In this document: positions 49,190 through 59,329 of the stretch, piece by piece
Layout: each line of letters opens with the position of its first letter
How positions within the stretch are numbered: position 1 is the first letter of the stretch
DNA from: Paracoccaceae bacterium
Lineage (GTDB): Bacteria; Pseudomonadota; Alphaproteobacteria; Rhodobacterales; Rhodobacteraceae
Direction of reading: 5' to 3'
Assembly: GCA_947468085.1 (NCBI GenBank)
Contig: CANIKY010000003.1
Coordinates: 1,853-65,852, forward strand
DNA length: 64,000 nt
Translations under genes and position numbers: made by a program
Notes under the pieces: generated by a model
What the model saw: the letters and a program-made list of their open reading frames with translations, nothing else
The model's database searches: none
What the model was told of the DNA's origin: nothing

Positions 49190-49951
49190 ATGGCACGGCG
49201 CAAGAAGATTTACGAAGGCAAGGCAAAGATCCTGTACGAAGGACCAGAGCCGGGCACATTGGTACAATATTTCAAAGACGAAGGGGCTGCAGGCCCCACC
49301 GCGACCGAAGGCGAAAACCTCGCGCCGGAAGGCAAGGGCGTGCTGAACAACCGCCTGTCAGAATTCTTCATGTCGGGCCTGAATTCTATCGGCGTGCCCA
49401 CCCATTTCATCCGCCGCATCAACATGCGCGAGCAGTTGGTCCGCGAGGTCGAGATTGTGCCGCTAGAGGTTGTTGTGCGCAACTTTGCCGCCGGCGATCT
49501 GTCGGCGCGCTTGGGCATTCCCGAAGGCACGGCCCTGCCGCGCCCGATTGTGGAGTATTTCTACAAAGACCCGCGCCTGAATGCGCCCTTGGTCAGTGAA
49601 GAGCATATCATCGCCTTTGGTTGGGCCAGCCAGCAGGATCTGGACGATATCATCGCCCTTGCCCTGCGGGTGAACGACTTTTTGTCTGGCGTCATGCTGG
49701 GCGTGGGCATCCGCTTGGCCGATTTTCGCATCGAAGTGGGCAGGGTTTGGGAGGGCGATTTCATGCGCCTGCTTCTGGCCGATGAAATCAGCCCCGACAG
49801 TTGCCGCCTGTGGGACCTGCGCCGCCCTGAAGGGGCAGCCGGTGTTGCAGAGCCCGGCCCTTTGGCCGATGTCTACACCGAACTGGCACGGCGCTTGGGG
49901 GTTTTGCCTTCCAACGTCACGCATGCGCCAAAACCGACCCTGATCAACTGA
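49190..49951 (+). CDS. purC: PurC (SAICAR synthetase) homologue with degenerate substrate-binding motifs
   Basis: '[10 protein letters not shown]', 'GKGVLNNR', 'EVVVRN.AAG', '[13 protein letters not shown]' are retained; several conserved motifs are altered (see findings). Confidence 0.85.
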   Translation: MARRKKIYEGKAKILYEGPEPGTLVQYFKDEGAAGPTATEGENLAPEGKGVLNNRLSEFFMSGLNSIGVPTHFIRRINMREQLVREVEIVPLEVVVRNFAAGDLSARLGIPEGTALPRPIVEYFYKDPRLNAPLVSEEHIIAFGWASQQDLDDIIALALRVNDFLSGVMLGVGIRLADFRIEVGRVWEGDFMRLLLADEISPDSCRLWDLRRPEGAAGVAEPGPLADVYTELARRLGVLPSNVTHAPKPTLIN

Positions 49952-49968
49952 TCCTATAGGAGCCCGCG

Positions 49969-50208
49969 ATGAAAGCCCGTGTCACCGTTATGCTCAAAGC
50001 TGGCGTTTTGGATGTGCAAGGCGAAGCCGTGCGCTTTGCCTTGGGCACTTTGGGTTTTGCAGGGGTGAACGGCGTGCGCCAAGGCAAGGTGATCGAGTTG
50101 GATTTGGCCGAACCCGATGCCACCGCCGCCGAGGCTGCTGTGAAGGCCATGTGCGAGAAGCTTTTGGCCAATACAGTGATTGAAAGCTACAAGGTCGAAA
50201 TCCTGTAA
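49969..50208 (+). CDS. purS: Phosphoribosylformylglycinamidine synthase subunit PurS
   Basis: 'KARVTVMLK.GVLD.QG.AV..AL..LGF.GV..VRQGK.IELDL..MCEKLLAN.VIE.Y'. Confidence 0.96.
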   Translation: MKARVTVMLKAGVLDVQGEAVRFALGTLGFAGVNGVRQGKVIELDLAEPDATAAEAAVKAMCEKLLANTVIESYKVEIL

Positions 50209-50267
50209 GCGCCGTCTTGACCTTACCGCCGCCCTGCGCCACCCCTTGATCATCAGGGGGATCTATC

Positions 50268-51305
50268 ATGCGCGCAGCCGTTATCCGACAGTATCGGGCC
50301 GATCTTAGCCTTGAAACCGTGCCCGACCCCGTCTGTGAGGCGGACGGCGTGGTGGTCAAGGTGCTGGCCTGCGGCATCTGCCGCAGCGATTGGCACGGCT
50401 GGGTCGGCGAACATGCCAAGGTGAAACCCGGGGCCATTCCGGGCCATGAATACTGCGGCGAAGTGGTCGAAGCGGGCCCCTTGGCGCGCTGGAAGGTGGG
50501 CGAGCGGATCATTGCGCCCTTCATCCTAGCCTGTGGTGACTGCCCTGAATGCAGATCAGGTCAAACCACCACCTGCCGCGCCCAACGCGTGCCGGGCTTT
50601 GGCGAGCCGGGGGCCTATGCGGAATATGTCTCGGTCCCTCATGCGCACAACCTGACGCGCTTGCCTGATTTTCTAACGCCCGCGTTGGCGGCAGGTTTGG
50701 GGTGCCGTGTGACGACCGCCTATCATGCGCTTACGGGGCGGGCGGGTTTGCAGGCGGGCGAATGGCTGGCCATCCACGGTACGGGCGGCATCGGCCTTTC
50801 GGCCCTGATCATCGGCAAGGCGCTTGGGGCGCGGATCGTGGCGGTGGATGTGGTGGGCGAACGGCTGACCCATGCGCTTTCCTTAGGGGCCGAACATGTC
50901 ATCAACGCAGCGGAAGGCGACACAGCCGCCCGCATCCGCGAGGTGACAGGCGGCGGGGCCCATGTTTCGATCGAAGCCTTGGGGATTGCGGCCACCGCCA
51001 ATGCCTCGATCGAATGTCTGCGGCCCTTGGGGCGGCATGTGCAGGTGGGCTTGCCCACGGGGCATACAGCGCAGATGCAGATCAATATGAACGCGGTTTA
51101 TATGAAGCAACTCGCCCTTTTTGGCACGCGCGGCATGCCCGCGTGGCGCTATCCCTCGCTGTTGTCGCTGATCGAAACCGGTCAAGTCGATGTGCGCCCG
51201 ATTGTGGCGCGCCATGTTGCGCTGTCACAGGCCAGCGCCGAATTGCGCGCCTTTGACGGGCCGATGGCCCCCGGCGTGGCCGTGATCACCGATCTTTTGG
51301 GCTAA
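50268..51305 (+). CDS. Zinc-dependent alcohol dehydrogenase (MDR family)
   Basis: 'CGICRSDWH', 'GHE', structural 'CGDCPECRSGQTTTC', 'GTGGIG'. Confidence 0.95.
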   Translation: MRAAVIRQYRADLSLETVPDPVCEADGVVVKVLACGICRSDWHGWVGEHAKVKPGAIPGHEYCGEVVEAGPLARWKVGERIIAPFILACGDCPECRSGQTTTCRAQRVPGFGEPGAYAEYVSVPHAHNLTRLPDFLTPALAAGLGCRVTTAYHALTGRAGLQAGEWLAIHGTGGIGLSALIIGKALGARIVAVDVVGERLTHALSLGAEHVINAAEGDTAARIREVTGGGAHVSIEALGIAATANASIECLRPLGRHVQVGLPTGHTAQMQINMNAVYMKQLALFGTRGMPAWRYPSLLSLIETGQVDVRPIVARHVALSQASAELRAFDGPMAPGVAVITDLLG

Positions 51306-51307
51306 GG

Positions 51308-52870
51308 TCAGCGGGCCTTGGGCGCTTGCCCCTTGGTCAGGTGGTAAAACCCATTCCCCGCCACCTTGGCCCAGTCTGACGCGCTGCCATCCGGCCAGAT
51401 CACCCGCACCTCGGCCTTCGCACTGGCTCCAAGACCAAAGTGCCACCAGCCCAACTGCCCGCCCGCATGGCCCCCGCCCGACGTAATCTCGCGCCGCTGC
51501 ACAAGCTCGCCTTGGCGCACCTCGATCCACGCGCCAATGCTGTCGCGGTTGGCCCCGTCTTGATGCAGCGCAAGTTGCAGCCAGTGGCCTTTGCTTGCAC
51601 CCTCATTGCGCCACACCTCGGCCCCCGTGTTGCGATTGACAACCACGATGTCTAACTGCCCATCGTCGTTCAAATCCACAACCGAAGCGCCGCGCGCTTG
51701 GGCAAAGCTTGCCACACCGGTCCGATCGCCCGCCTCCTCAAACGTGCCATCGGGCAGGCCCAAAAGCAGGTTGTTGGGGTCTTTCATCGCGAAATCCGGC
51801 ATGGCCGACACATTGCCCTTCGCGATAAACAGGTCTTGCACGCCGTCGTTGTTCACATCCTGAAACTCGGCATGCCAACCGGTGGAGGGGTGAAAATCCC
51901 CGCCCGTATAGGGCCGCTGGGCGATGGCATGGCTGGCAAAGGCGATGTCTTTGAAGGTGGCCTTGTCTGGCCCTGCGGCCAGCACCTGCAACTTGCTGTC
52001 TGCCATCGAGGTCAGGAAGTAATCTGGAAAGCCGTCGCCATTCACATCGGTGCTGGCAATGCCCATGCCCCAGATTTTCAGCGGCTTCCACCCTTCGGCT
52101 GCCGTATAAAGGGTAGGCGGCGCATCGGGGGCGATCTGCCACATCTGCTCGGTGCCGCCCTTGTAATACTCGCGGTCGTTTGACACGCGCAAAGACGGGG
52201 TGCCAGAACGGTTCCAGTCGGTGAACAGCATCGACAGGCTGCAAAAGCTGGGTTTCAGATCAAAGGGTGCCGTAAAGCCCTGCCCCTTGGGGCGGTACAG
52301 CGCATCCGGCGTGCATGATCCCCAAGGAAAAGCTTCCTCCTTGCGGTCGATATAGGTGCCAATGGCGAATGTGGGCCAAGTCTGGCCTTTTTCCCAAGTT
52401 GCGGCAAAGGCGGTTGACCACAGATCGCGCCCGTCAAAGCCCCACGCCTCGTTGGCGCGACTAAACTGGCACTGGCCCAAACCGCGCATCACCACATCTT
52501 CGCCCGAGCGCAACAGATTAAGGTCAAGGATCCCGTCGCTGTCGATGTCCAGCGGATAGGCCCCCGTCACGCGGTCCAACTCTACCCCCGAGGTCAGCGC
52601 GGTGAATTTGAGCGCGCCCCCCGTTGGGCTTTCATTGGCGTAAAGCGTGGCCTTTTGCGTGCCACCTGCCAAAAGCAATTCCGGCTTGCCATCGCCCGAA
52701 CAGTCAAAAGCCGCAACGCCGCCGCCCGTCATAAACTCCCAATCGCCCGCATAGGTGCTGGAAACGCCGGCGGTGGCGGTTTCGTTCACATAGCGCGGAA
52801 CCTCGACATCGGCGAAAGCCGGCGCTGCCAAGGCTGGGCTGACCAGCAGGGTTAAGGCCAAAAGCCGCAT
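51308..52870 (-). CDS. CRTAC1-like FG-GAP repeat protein with C-terminal ASPIC/UnbV domain, Sec signal
   Basis: Repeats 'DCSGDGKPEL', 'DIDSDGILDL', 'DVNGDGFPDY', 'DVNNDGVQDL', 'DLNDDGQLDI'; 'NRDSIGAWIEV..GGHAG..HFGLG..V.WPDG'. Confidence 0.92.
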   Translation of the reverse strand: MRLLALTLLVSPALAAPAFADVEVPRYVNETATAGVSSTYAGDWEFMTGGGVAAFDCSGDGKPELLLAGGTQKATLYANESPTGGALKFTALTSGVELDRVTGAYPLDIDSDGILDLNLLRSGEDVVMRGLGQCQFSRANEAWGFDGRDLWSTAFAATWEKGQTWPTFAIGTYIDRKEEAFPWGSCTPDALYRPKGQGFTAPFDLKPSFCSLSMLFTDWNRSGTPSLRVSNDREYYKGGTEQMWQIAPDAPPTLYTAAEGWKPLKIWGMGIASTDVNGDGFPDYFLTSMADSKLQVLAAGPDKATFKDIAFASHAIAQRPYTGGDFHPSTGWHAEFQDVNNDGVQDLFIAKGNVSAMPDFAMKDPNNLLLGLPDGTFEEAGDRTGVASFAQARGASVVDLNDDGQLDIVVVNRNTGAEVWRNEGASKGHWLQLALHQDGANRDSIGAWIEVRQGELVQRREITSGGGHAGGQLGWWHFGLGASAKAEVRVIWPDGSASDWAKVAGNGFYHLTKGQAPKAR

Positions 52871-52871
52871 C

Positions 52872-54188
52872 TTATGCCCTTGTCTTCAAAGCAATGGCAT
52901 AGGCCGCAATGCAGCGGCCTTGATCTTGCCCATTCGTGATGGCGGGCATGAAATGAATGCCGCCGTAAAGCCTGGACATCGCAGCCTCATCCGCTGCGGC
53001 CCAGAAACTGGCAAAGCTGCGGGTCGGCGCGCCGTCTGGCGTGGGGCTTTCGTCGGTAAAGCTATAATCCGCACCAAAAAGGGCGGTCAAAACTGCCGCT
53101 GCCGCCGCCGATTGGGTGGAATGGCCCGAAGGGTATTCGGGGAAGGGCGGGGTGGTCAGCAAAGGCTCCCACTTGGGGTCGATGACCTTTTTGATATAGC
53201 TGATCGGGCGGATCAGATCGTATTGGAACTTGGCCGACCAGCAGCCAATGAAGGCATCGGCCATGGCCACGCCCATACGCGCCAAAGCTTCGACCTGCGC
53301 GGTCAGGTCCAGCCCTTTTTCGCGGGAAACTTGGGCCATGATGGCGACCCAATGGCCGGGCGGGGTGTAAGACAGCATAGCGTCATCCGACCAAAACCGC
53401 GCGATTTGCTTTTGGTCGTCTGTCAGCGATTGGCTGGTGGTGTAAACCTCCATCGCCTCGGCATAAAAGGCAGAGGACGGGTCTTCCGAATAGTCCGTGG
53501 GTGCTGGCAAGGTGCAGGTGTCGCCCGCAGGCATCGCAAAGGGGCGGTTTTTGCCCCAGTCGGGGAGCAAAGGCGCTTGTTGCAGAACGATTTTTGACGT
53601 GGGCACCCAATGCCCCGGTGCAAGGTTCAAGGCATAGGTCGCCGGAAAGCCCATGTTCGCAATCACAGCGCCGCCATCAGTGCGGCTCCACTCAAGGATC
53701 GCCGCAGCCAAAGTGGCGCCGTAAGACCGGCTTGCCGCCACGACATCTGCCGCCATGCCCATTGCCGCCTGCTCAGCCAAGCGGGCGGTCAGCGTTTGCA
53801 TCGCGTGTTGGCCAGTGGGGCCAGTGTTGGAAAAGAGATCGTGGATCAAAACATCCATCACGGCGTTCAAAATGACGGCTGCATCATAGCCTTGCCCCGG
53901 TGCGCGGTCGGGCAGGGTGGTCAGGCCATTCAACTGGCCGCGCAAACTGTGCAGGGCCTTGTCACCACTGGCCAGCGCCTCAAACGCAGCCACACCCATA
54001 TAGGCCAGCGTACGGCTAGCGACGGGCGGGGTATAGGTGGGTGTGTGGCGCACCAGTTCTAGGGCAAGACGCAGCCAAGTGCCCAGCACCTTAGACGCAA
54101 CAGCCTCGCGCGTCTCGCCTTGCGCACGGGCCGTGCCGCCCAACAGTGCCAAGGCCACGCCCGCGCTTAGAAATTCCCGCCGCAGCAT
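52872..54188 (-). CDS. Vanadium-dependent haloperoxidase (PAP2 superfamily), Tat signal
   Basis: 'MLRREFL' twin-Arg signal; vanadate motifs 'W.AKFQYDLIRP', 'PFPEYPSGHS', 'SRLYGGIHF'. Confidence 0.9.
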   Translation of the reverse strand: MLRREFLSAGVALALLGGTARAQGETREAVASKVLGTWLRLALELVRHTPTYTPPVASRTLAYMGVAAFEALASGDKALHSLRGQLNGLTTLPDRAPGQGYDAAVILNAVMDVLIHDLFSNTGPTGQHAMQTLTARLAEQAAMGMAADVVAASRSYGATLAAAILEWSRTDGGAVIANMGFPATYALNLAPGHWVPTSKIVLQQAPLLPDWGKNRPFAMPAGDTCTLPAPTDYSEDPSSAFYAEAMEVYTTSQSLTDDQKQIARFWSDDAMLSYTPPGHWVAIMAQVSREKGLDLTAQVEALARMGVAMADAFIGCWSAKFQYDLIRPISYIKKVIDPKWEPLLTTPPFPEYPSGHSTQSAAAAAVLTALFGADYSFTDESPTPDGAPTRSFASFWAAADEAAMSRLYGGIHFMPAITNGQDQGRCIAAYAIALKTRA

Positions 54189-54198
54189 CCCCCCGCCC

Positions 54199-54247
54199 CC
54201 CCATTTTGTCTTTGTCCCAATACTCCGGGGTCCGGGGCTGGCCCCGG
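54199..54247. repeat. REP-like intergenic element ending in a GC hairpin
   Basis: 'TCTTTGTCCCAATACTCCGGGGTCCGGGGCTGGCCCCGG' resembles short intergenic palindromic repeats I recall from Rhodobacteraceae; single copy in this window. Confidence 0.4.
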
Positions 54248-54277
54248 TAATGCTGCAACCTGCTTAGCCATGTCAGA

Positions 54278-55579
54278 TCAAACGAAGCGGTTCCACAGGT
54301 TTTCCAACCGCTCTTGCCGGCCCGATTTGGGTTGAGGCTCTAGCCCCTCGGCTGTGACGCGGGCGGCGGCTTCGGCCAGACCGCCCTTCAGCATCGCCTG
54401 CGCTTTGGGGGTGGACCAGCCTGCATAACGCGCGGCGCGGGCCTTTTCCAACCCGCCATCGGTCAACAAACCAGCCGCGGCTTTCAACGCGCGTGCGCAG
54501 GTGTCCATACCGCCGACATGGCCCAAGATCAGATCCTCGGCATCCAAGCTTTGGCGGCGGATCTTGGCGTCAAAGTTCGTACCGCCGGTGTGCAGCCCGC
54601 CGCCTTTGAGGATCTCGTAATAGGCCAGCGCCATTTCGGGCGTGTTGTTGGGGAATTGGTCAGTGTCCCAGCCCGACTGGTAATCGTTGCGGTTCATGTC
54701 GATCGACCCAAGGATCCCCAGCGACGCGGCAAGCGCCAGTTCATGTTCGAACGAATGGCCCGCCAAGATCGCATGGCCCTGTTCGATGTTCACCTTAACC
54801 TCTTTTTCCAAGCCAAACTGCACCAAAAAGCCGTAAACCGTGGCCACGTCATAGTCATACTGGTGTTTGGAAGGTTCTTGCGGCTTGGGTTCGATCAGGA
54901 TCGTGCCTTTAAAGCCGATCTTGTGTTTATATTCGACCACCTGTTGCAAGAAGCGGCCTGCATGTTCGCGTTCGGCCTTCAGATCGGTATTCAGCAGCGT
55001 TTCATAGCCTTCGCGCCCACCCCACAGCACATAGTTTGCCCCGCCCAGTTTATGGGTGGCATCCAGATTGGCTTTCACCATCGCCGCCGCATAGGCGTAA
55101 ACATCGGGATCGGGGTTGGTGGCAGCGCCGCTCATCCAGCGGCGGTTCGAGAACATATTGGCCGTGCCCCACAAAAGCTTGGCCTTATGGGTCGCTTGTT
55201 TTTCGCCTAGATAATCCACCATCGCTTCCAGATTGCGGGTGCTTTCGGCGAAAGTGGCCCCTTCAGGGCGCACATCGGCGTCGTGGAAGCAGTAAAAGGG
55301 CACGCCCAAGATATCAAACATCTCAAAGGCGGCGTCAGCTTTCAGGCGGGCCAGGTCCATCGTCTCGCCAAACCACGGGCGCAGCAGCGTTTGGCCGCCA
55401 AAGGGGTCGTGGCCCTGATAGGCGAACGAGTGCCAATAGGCCACGGCAAAGCGCAAGTGGTCCTCCATCCGCTTGCCCATGACCACTTCATCGGGGTTGT
55501 AGTGGTGAAAGGCGAATTCGTTGGTGGACGCGGGGCCTTCGTACTTGATGGCCGGGATAGCTTTGAAAAAGTCGGTCAT
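54278..55579 (-). CDS. xylA: Xylose isomerase
   Basis: '[10 protein letters not shown]', 'FHDAD', 'LWGTAN', 'WGGREGYE', '[13 protein letters not shown]', 'GWDTDQF'. Confidence 0.98.
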   Translation of the reverse strand: MTDFFKAIPAIKYEGPASTNEFAFHHYNPDEVVMGKRMEDHLRFAVAYWHSFAYQGHDPFGGQTLLRPWFGETMDLARLKADAAFEMFDILGVPFYCFHDADVRPEGATFAESTRNLEAMVDYLGEKQATHKAKLLWGTANMFSNRRWMSGAATNPDPDVYAYAAAMVKANLDATHKLGGANYVLWGGREGYETLLNTDLKAEREHAGRFLQQVVEYKHKIGFKGTILIEPKPQEPSKHQYDYDVATVYGFLVQFGLEKEVKVNIEQGHAILAGHSFEHELALAASLGILGSIDMNRNDYQSGWDTDQFPNNTPEMALAYYEILKGGGLHTGGTNFDAKIRRQSLDAEDLILGHVGGMDTCARALKAAAGLLTDGGLEKARAARYAGWSTPKAQAMLKGGLAEAAARVTAEGLEPQPKSGRQERLENLWNRFV

Positions 55580-55604
55580 GGCGGCCCTCAGGTTTTGGGT
55601 TGTC

Positions 55605-57044
55605 TTAATGTGAAAGTTGCTGGATCGCCGCTGCCGCGGCACGGTAGCGGGCATGACCGGCGTCAAAGGCGGCGGTCAGTTTGGGGTCGGGGTCGATGGT
55701 GCGGGCGATGGGGGGCATCGTGGCAATCTCGGCCCCGGCACCTGTCGCGGCCATCATGCCCAAACGTGCAGCGCCCAAGGCGCCGCCGAAATCGCCGGCT
55801 GCGGGCACCAGAACGGGGCAATCTAGCGCTGTGGCGATGGCCTTCAGCCAATAGTCCGATTTGGCCCCGCCACCCACGGCCAGCAGGCTTTCCAACTTTG
55901 TACCCGTTGCGGCCAAGGCATCGCGGCTGTCGCGGAAGGCAAAGGTGACACCTTCCAGCACCGCGCGTGTGCCTGCGGCGCGGTCGGTTTGGTGTTCCAG
56001 ACCCAAGAGTGCGCCGCGAATGGCGGCATCGTTCAAAGGCGTACGCTCGCCGCCCAGATAGGGCAGGAACAGTGCTTTGCCAGGGGATTGCAGCGCGCCA
56101 AGCTCACCCGTCAGGGTGGCGGCGGGTTGGCCCACAAGTGCTGCATACCAGTTCAGCGCATCGGTTGCGGCCAATATGACCCCCATCTGGTGCCATGTGT
56201 TGGGCAATGCATGGCAAAAGGTGTGCACGGCGGTCGCAGGGTCAGGCTGATAGCCCGCATTGGCGGCAAACAGCACGCCCGAGGTGCCAAGGCTGACGAA
56301 GGCTTGACCCGCCTTCACCACGCCCACGCCCACCCCCGCTGCGGCATTATCGCCGCCACCGCCTGCCACAACCACACCGCTTGCCAAGCCCCATCGGCTG
56401 GCCAATTCGCCGCGCACATGGCCCGAGGCGGCCGAGCCTTCCACCAGACGCGGCATCTGTGCGCGTGTCAGGCCTGTGGCTTGCAGCAGGTCATCCGACC
56501 AATCGCGGCGACCTGTATCCAACCAAGCGGTGCCAGCCGCATCAGACATCTCGCCCACATGCTCGCCCGTCAGCCACAGGCGCAGGTAATCCTTGGGCAA
56601 AAGAACCTTGGCCACCTTGGCCCAAAGGGCCGGCTCGTGCTTTTGCACCCAAGCCAGCTTGGGCGCGGTAAAGCCCGGAAAAACGATATTGCCGGTGACG
56701 CGCCGGAAAAGCGGGTCGGTGTCCATCTTCGCGGCTTGGGCATGGCTGCGGGTGTCGTTCCAAAGAATGCAGGGCCGCAGCACATCATCGGCCGCATCCA
56801 GCAGGGTCGCGCCGTGCATATGGCCCGACAGGCCAATGCCGCGCACCGATCCCAGACCATGGGATGACAGCTTGTCCAAAACGGCCTCGGCGGCGGTGAT
56901 CCAGCCGTCGGGGGCCTGCTCGCTCCACCCGTCATGGGGGCGTTGTGCGGTCAGGGGGGCCGTGGCCTCGGCCACGATCTTCTGATCGTCGTCGATCAGA
57001 ATACCTTTTAAGCCAGAGGTTCCAAGGTCAAGACCGATGTACAT
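55605..57044 (-). CDS. xylB: Xylulokinase
   Basis: '[11 protein letters not shown]', 'GLSGHMHGA', 'ILWND', 'PKDYLRL', 'GGGDNAA', 'PYLGGERTP'. Confidence 0.97.
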   Translation of the reverse strand: MYIGLDLGTSGLKGILIDDDQKIVAEATAPLTAQRPHDGWSEQAPDGWITAAEAVLDKLSSHGLGSVRGIGLSGHMHGATLLDAADDVLRPCILWNDTRSHAQAAKMDTDPLFRRVTGNIVFPGFTAPKLAWVQKHEPALWAKVAKVLLPKDYLRLWLTGEHVGEMSDAAGTAWLDTGRRDWSDDLLQATGLTRAQMPRLVEGSAASGHVRGELASRWGLASGVVVAGGGGDNAAAGVGVGVVKAGQAFVSLGTSGVLFAANAGYQPDPATAVHTFCHALPNTWHQMGVILAATDALNWYAALVGQPAATLTGELGALQSPGKALFLPYLGGERTPLNDAAIRGALLGLEHQTDRAAGTRAVLEGVTFAFRDSRDALAATGTKLESLLAVGGGAKSDYWLKAIATALDCPVLVPAAGDFGGALGAARLGMMAATGAGAEIATMPPIARTIDPDPKLTAAFDAGHARYRAAAAAIQQLSH

Positions 57045-57805
57045 TAGGCAGCCTTTGCGGGTTTCTTTCCAAGGATGATCATGGAGAGGATATCTTCGTC
57101 TGTCACCTGTTTGACATCGACCGTGCCAACCAATTGCCCGTTTTTCATCACTGAAGCGCGGTCGCATAGTTTCATCACATTATGGATGTCATGTTCAATC
57201 AGGAAAATGCCCAGACCTTGGGCTTTAAGTTCTTGGATCAGTTCGGCCACCATCTGGGTTTCTTGCGGGCCAAGGGCGGCTGTGGGTTCATCCATAATCA
57301 GAATCTTGGCGTTGAAATAGACAGCGCGCGCAATGGCCACCGACTGGCGCTGCCCGCCCGACAAAGCACTGACCGGCACGTTGAACTTGCGAAAGTTCGG
57401 GTTCAGTCGGGCCATGATCTTGCGGGTTTCGGCCTCCATCTTGCTGTCGTCCAGAAAGCCGCCCGGTCCAACCAGTTCGCGCCCCAAAAACAGGTTCGAG
57501 GCGGCGTTCAGATTGTCGGCAAGGGCCAGCGTTTGATAGATCGTCTCGATGTTTTGGGCGCGGGCATCGCGGGGATTGTTGATGTCAACCTCAGCACCGT
57601 TGATCAAAATCTGCCCGGCATCGGCCTTGTAGGCGCCTGACAGGCATTTGATCAGCGTCGATTTTCCCGCCCCGTTGTGGCCCAAAAGCCCCACAACCTC
57701 GCCCGGATACAGGTCAACCGTGACATGATCGACCGCCTTGATCCCGCCGAACGAGATTGACATATCCCGCAGTTCGACAAGAGGAGTGCGTGTTTTATTC
57801 ACCAT
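57044..57805 (-). CDS. xylG: Sugar (xylose) ABC transporter ATP-binding protein, single NBD
   Basis: [22 protein letters not shown]; located in the xyl operon. Confidence 0.88.
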   Translation of the reverse strand: MVNKTRTPLVELRDMSISFGGIKAVDHVTVDLYPGEVVGLLGHNGAGKSTLIKCLSGAYKADAGQILINGAEVDINNPRDARAQNIETIYQTLALADNLNAASNLFLGRELVGPGGFLDDSKMEAETRKIMARLNPNFRKFNVPVSALSGGQRQSVAIARAVYFNAKILIMDEPTAALGPQETQMVAELIQELKAQGLGIFLIEHDIHNVMKLCDRASVMKNGQLVGTVDVKQVTDEDILSMIILGKKPAKAA

Positions 57806-57818
57806 GATCCTGACCCCC

Positions 57819-59174
57819 TCACTTGATGCGCTTGCGATAAACGATGTCCAGCCAGACGGCCAAGACCAAGGCGATGCCGATCACGATGCGCTGGTATGAG
57901 CCATCGCCAAACCCGATCAACACCATGCCCGTCTGCAGGGATGTCAGGATCAACGCGCCGATGATGGCCCCGTAAACCGTACCAACCCCACCGGCCAGCG
58001 ACGTGCCGCCCACCACAGCAGCGGCAATCACATACAACTCGTCAAGGTTGCCCATGGCGTTGGTTGCGCTGTTTTGCCGGGCAGAGCCGATCACAGCCGC
58101 AATCCCGGCCAAACCGCCCATCAGGGCAAAGATTTTGACAGTCATGGCGCGGGTGTTGATGCCCGACAGGGCCGCCGCCTCGGGGTTGCCGCCGATGGCG
58201 AAAACATAGCGGCCAAAGCGGGTGCGCGTCATCAAGACGGTCATGAAGATGGCGACCACGATCAAGATCAGCACAGGATAGGCGTAGCCGTGACCAAACT
58301 CTGCCCCTTCAGGCACGGCCAAACCCAGCTGGTCGTAGTATTTCTTGATATTACCCTTGGGCCAGATGTAGGAATTCACGATAGCCGTGGCCCCCAGGAT
58401 GACAGCGCAGATCAGGCCGCCCATGAACCATTCCGCCCAGACCGGGCGCTGTTGAAAACCGTGCAGTGTGCGCGCCTTGCGGCTTTTTATGACACCCCAA
58501 ACCACAGCAACAACGGCAACGGCGGCAAAAATCCAGCTTCCGGTGCGGCCCAAGGCGCCAAAAGACCCGCCGCCGATCAGCGCGAATGTATCGTCCATCG
58601 GGGCGATTGTCTTGCCGCCGGCAACCAAAAAGGCAGCGCCCCGCCATACCAGCAAACCGCCCAAGGTGACGATGAAAGAGGGGATGTTCAAATAGGCAAT
58701 CATGCTGCCCTGCAAGGCCCCGATCAGCACGCCCATGGCAATCCCAAAGATCACCGTTATCGCCCAGATCGCTGGATGGCCCAGCCCAAGGGCGGGCGTT
58801 AGAAAATCAACCTGCAAAAGCCCCATATACATCCCCACCATGCCCATGATCGAGCCAACGGAGAGGTCAATGTTGCGCGTGACAATGACCAGCACCATAC
58901 CCGTGGCCATGATGCCAATATAGGCGGTTTGAACACTGAGGTTCCACACGTTGCGCGGGGTCAAAAATCCATTCGCCTCCGATTGGGCCGCCCCCAGCAA
59001 CATGCTTGGGCGGCCCAGCACGATGGTCGAATAGGTCTCAAACGCAACCCATATCAGAACCAAGGCGCCGACCATGCCCAAAAGGCGAGGGTCAATTTCG
59101 GTGGCACGCAAGAACCGGCCAAAGCCGCTTTCGGGTGAGGATTGGGTCGCGGGGGAATGGGATGTGTTGCTCAT
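57819..59174 (-). CDS. xylH: Xylose ABC transporter permease
   Basis: 'RNIDLSVGS', '[10 protein letters not shown]', '[14 protein letters not shown]', '[14 protein letters not shown]'. Confidence 0.92.
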   Translation of the reverse strand: MSNTSHSPATQSSPESGFGRFLRATEIDPRLLGMVGALVLIWVAFETYSTIVLGRPSMLLGAAQSEANGFLTPRNVWNLSVQTAYIGIMATGMVLVIVTRNIDLSVGSIMGMVGMYMGLLQVDFLTPALGLGHPAIWAITVIFGIAMGVLIGALQGSMIAYLNIPSFIVTLGGLLVWRGAAFLVAGGKTIAPMDDTFALIGGGSFGALGRTGSWIFAAVAVVAVVWGVIKSRKARTLHGFQQRPVWAEWFMGGLICAVILGATAIVNSYIWPKGNIKKYYDQLGLAVPEGAEFGHGYAYPVLILIVVAIFMTVLMTRTRFGRYVFAIGGNPEAAALSGINTRAMTVKIFALMGGLAGIAAVIGSARQNSATNAMGNLDELYVIAAAVVGGTSLAGGVGTVYGAIIGALILTSLQTGMVLIGFGDGSYQRIVIGIALVLAVWLDIVYRKRIK

Positions 59175-59280
59175 GTCCTCGTCCAGCCAGAGAGGGGGTT
59201 GGCTCGCAAGCGCTTGGGGCGAAGGCCGCAACTGGCAGCGCCACGATCCGGCATGTCATGCCACCCGATATTCATAAACG

Positions 59281-59317
59281 AAAACCGGCGCCGCCTGATT
59301 GGAAGGCGACGCCGGCA
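59281..59317 (-). terminator. Hairpin/terminator between xylF and xylH
   Basis: Minus strand CCGGCGTCGCCT-TCCAATC-AGGCGGCGCCGG-TTTT. Confidence 0.6.
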
Positions 59318-59329
59318 GGTCAGACTAGA

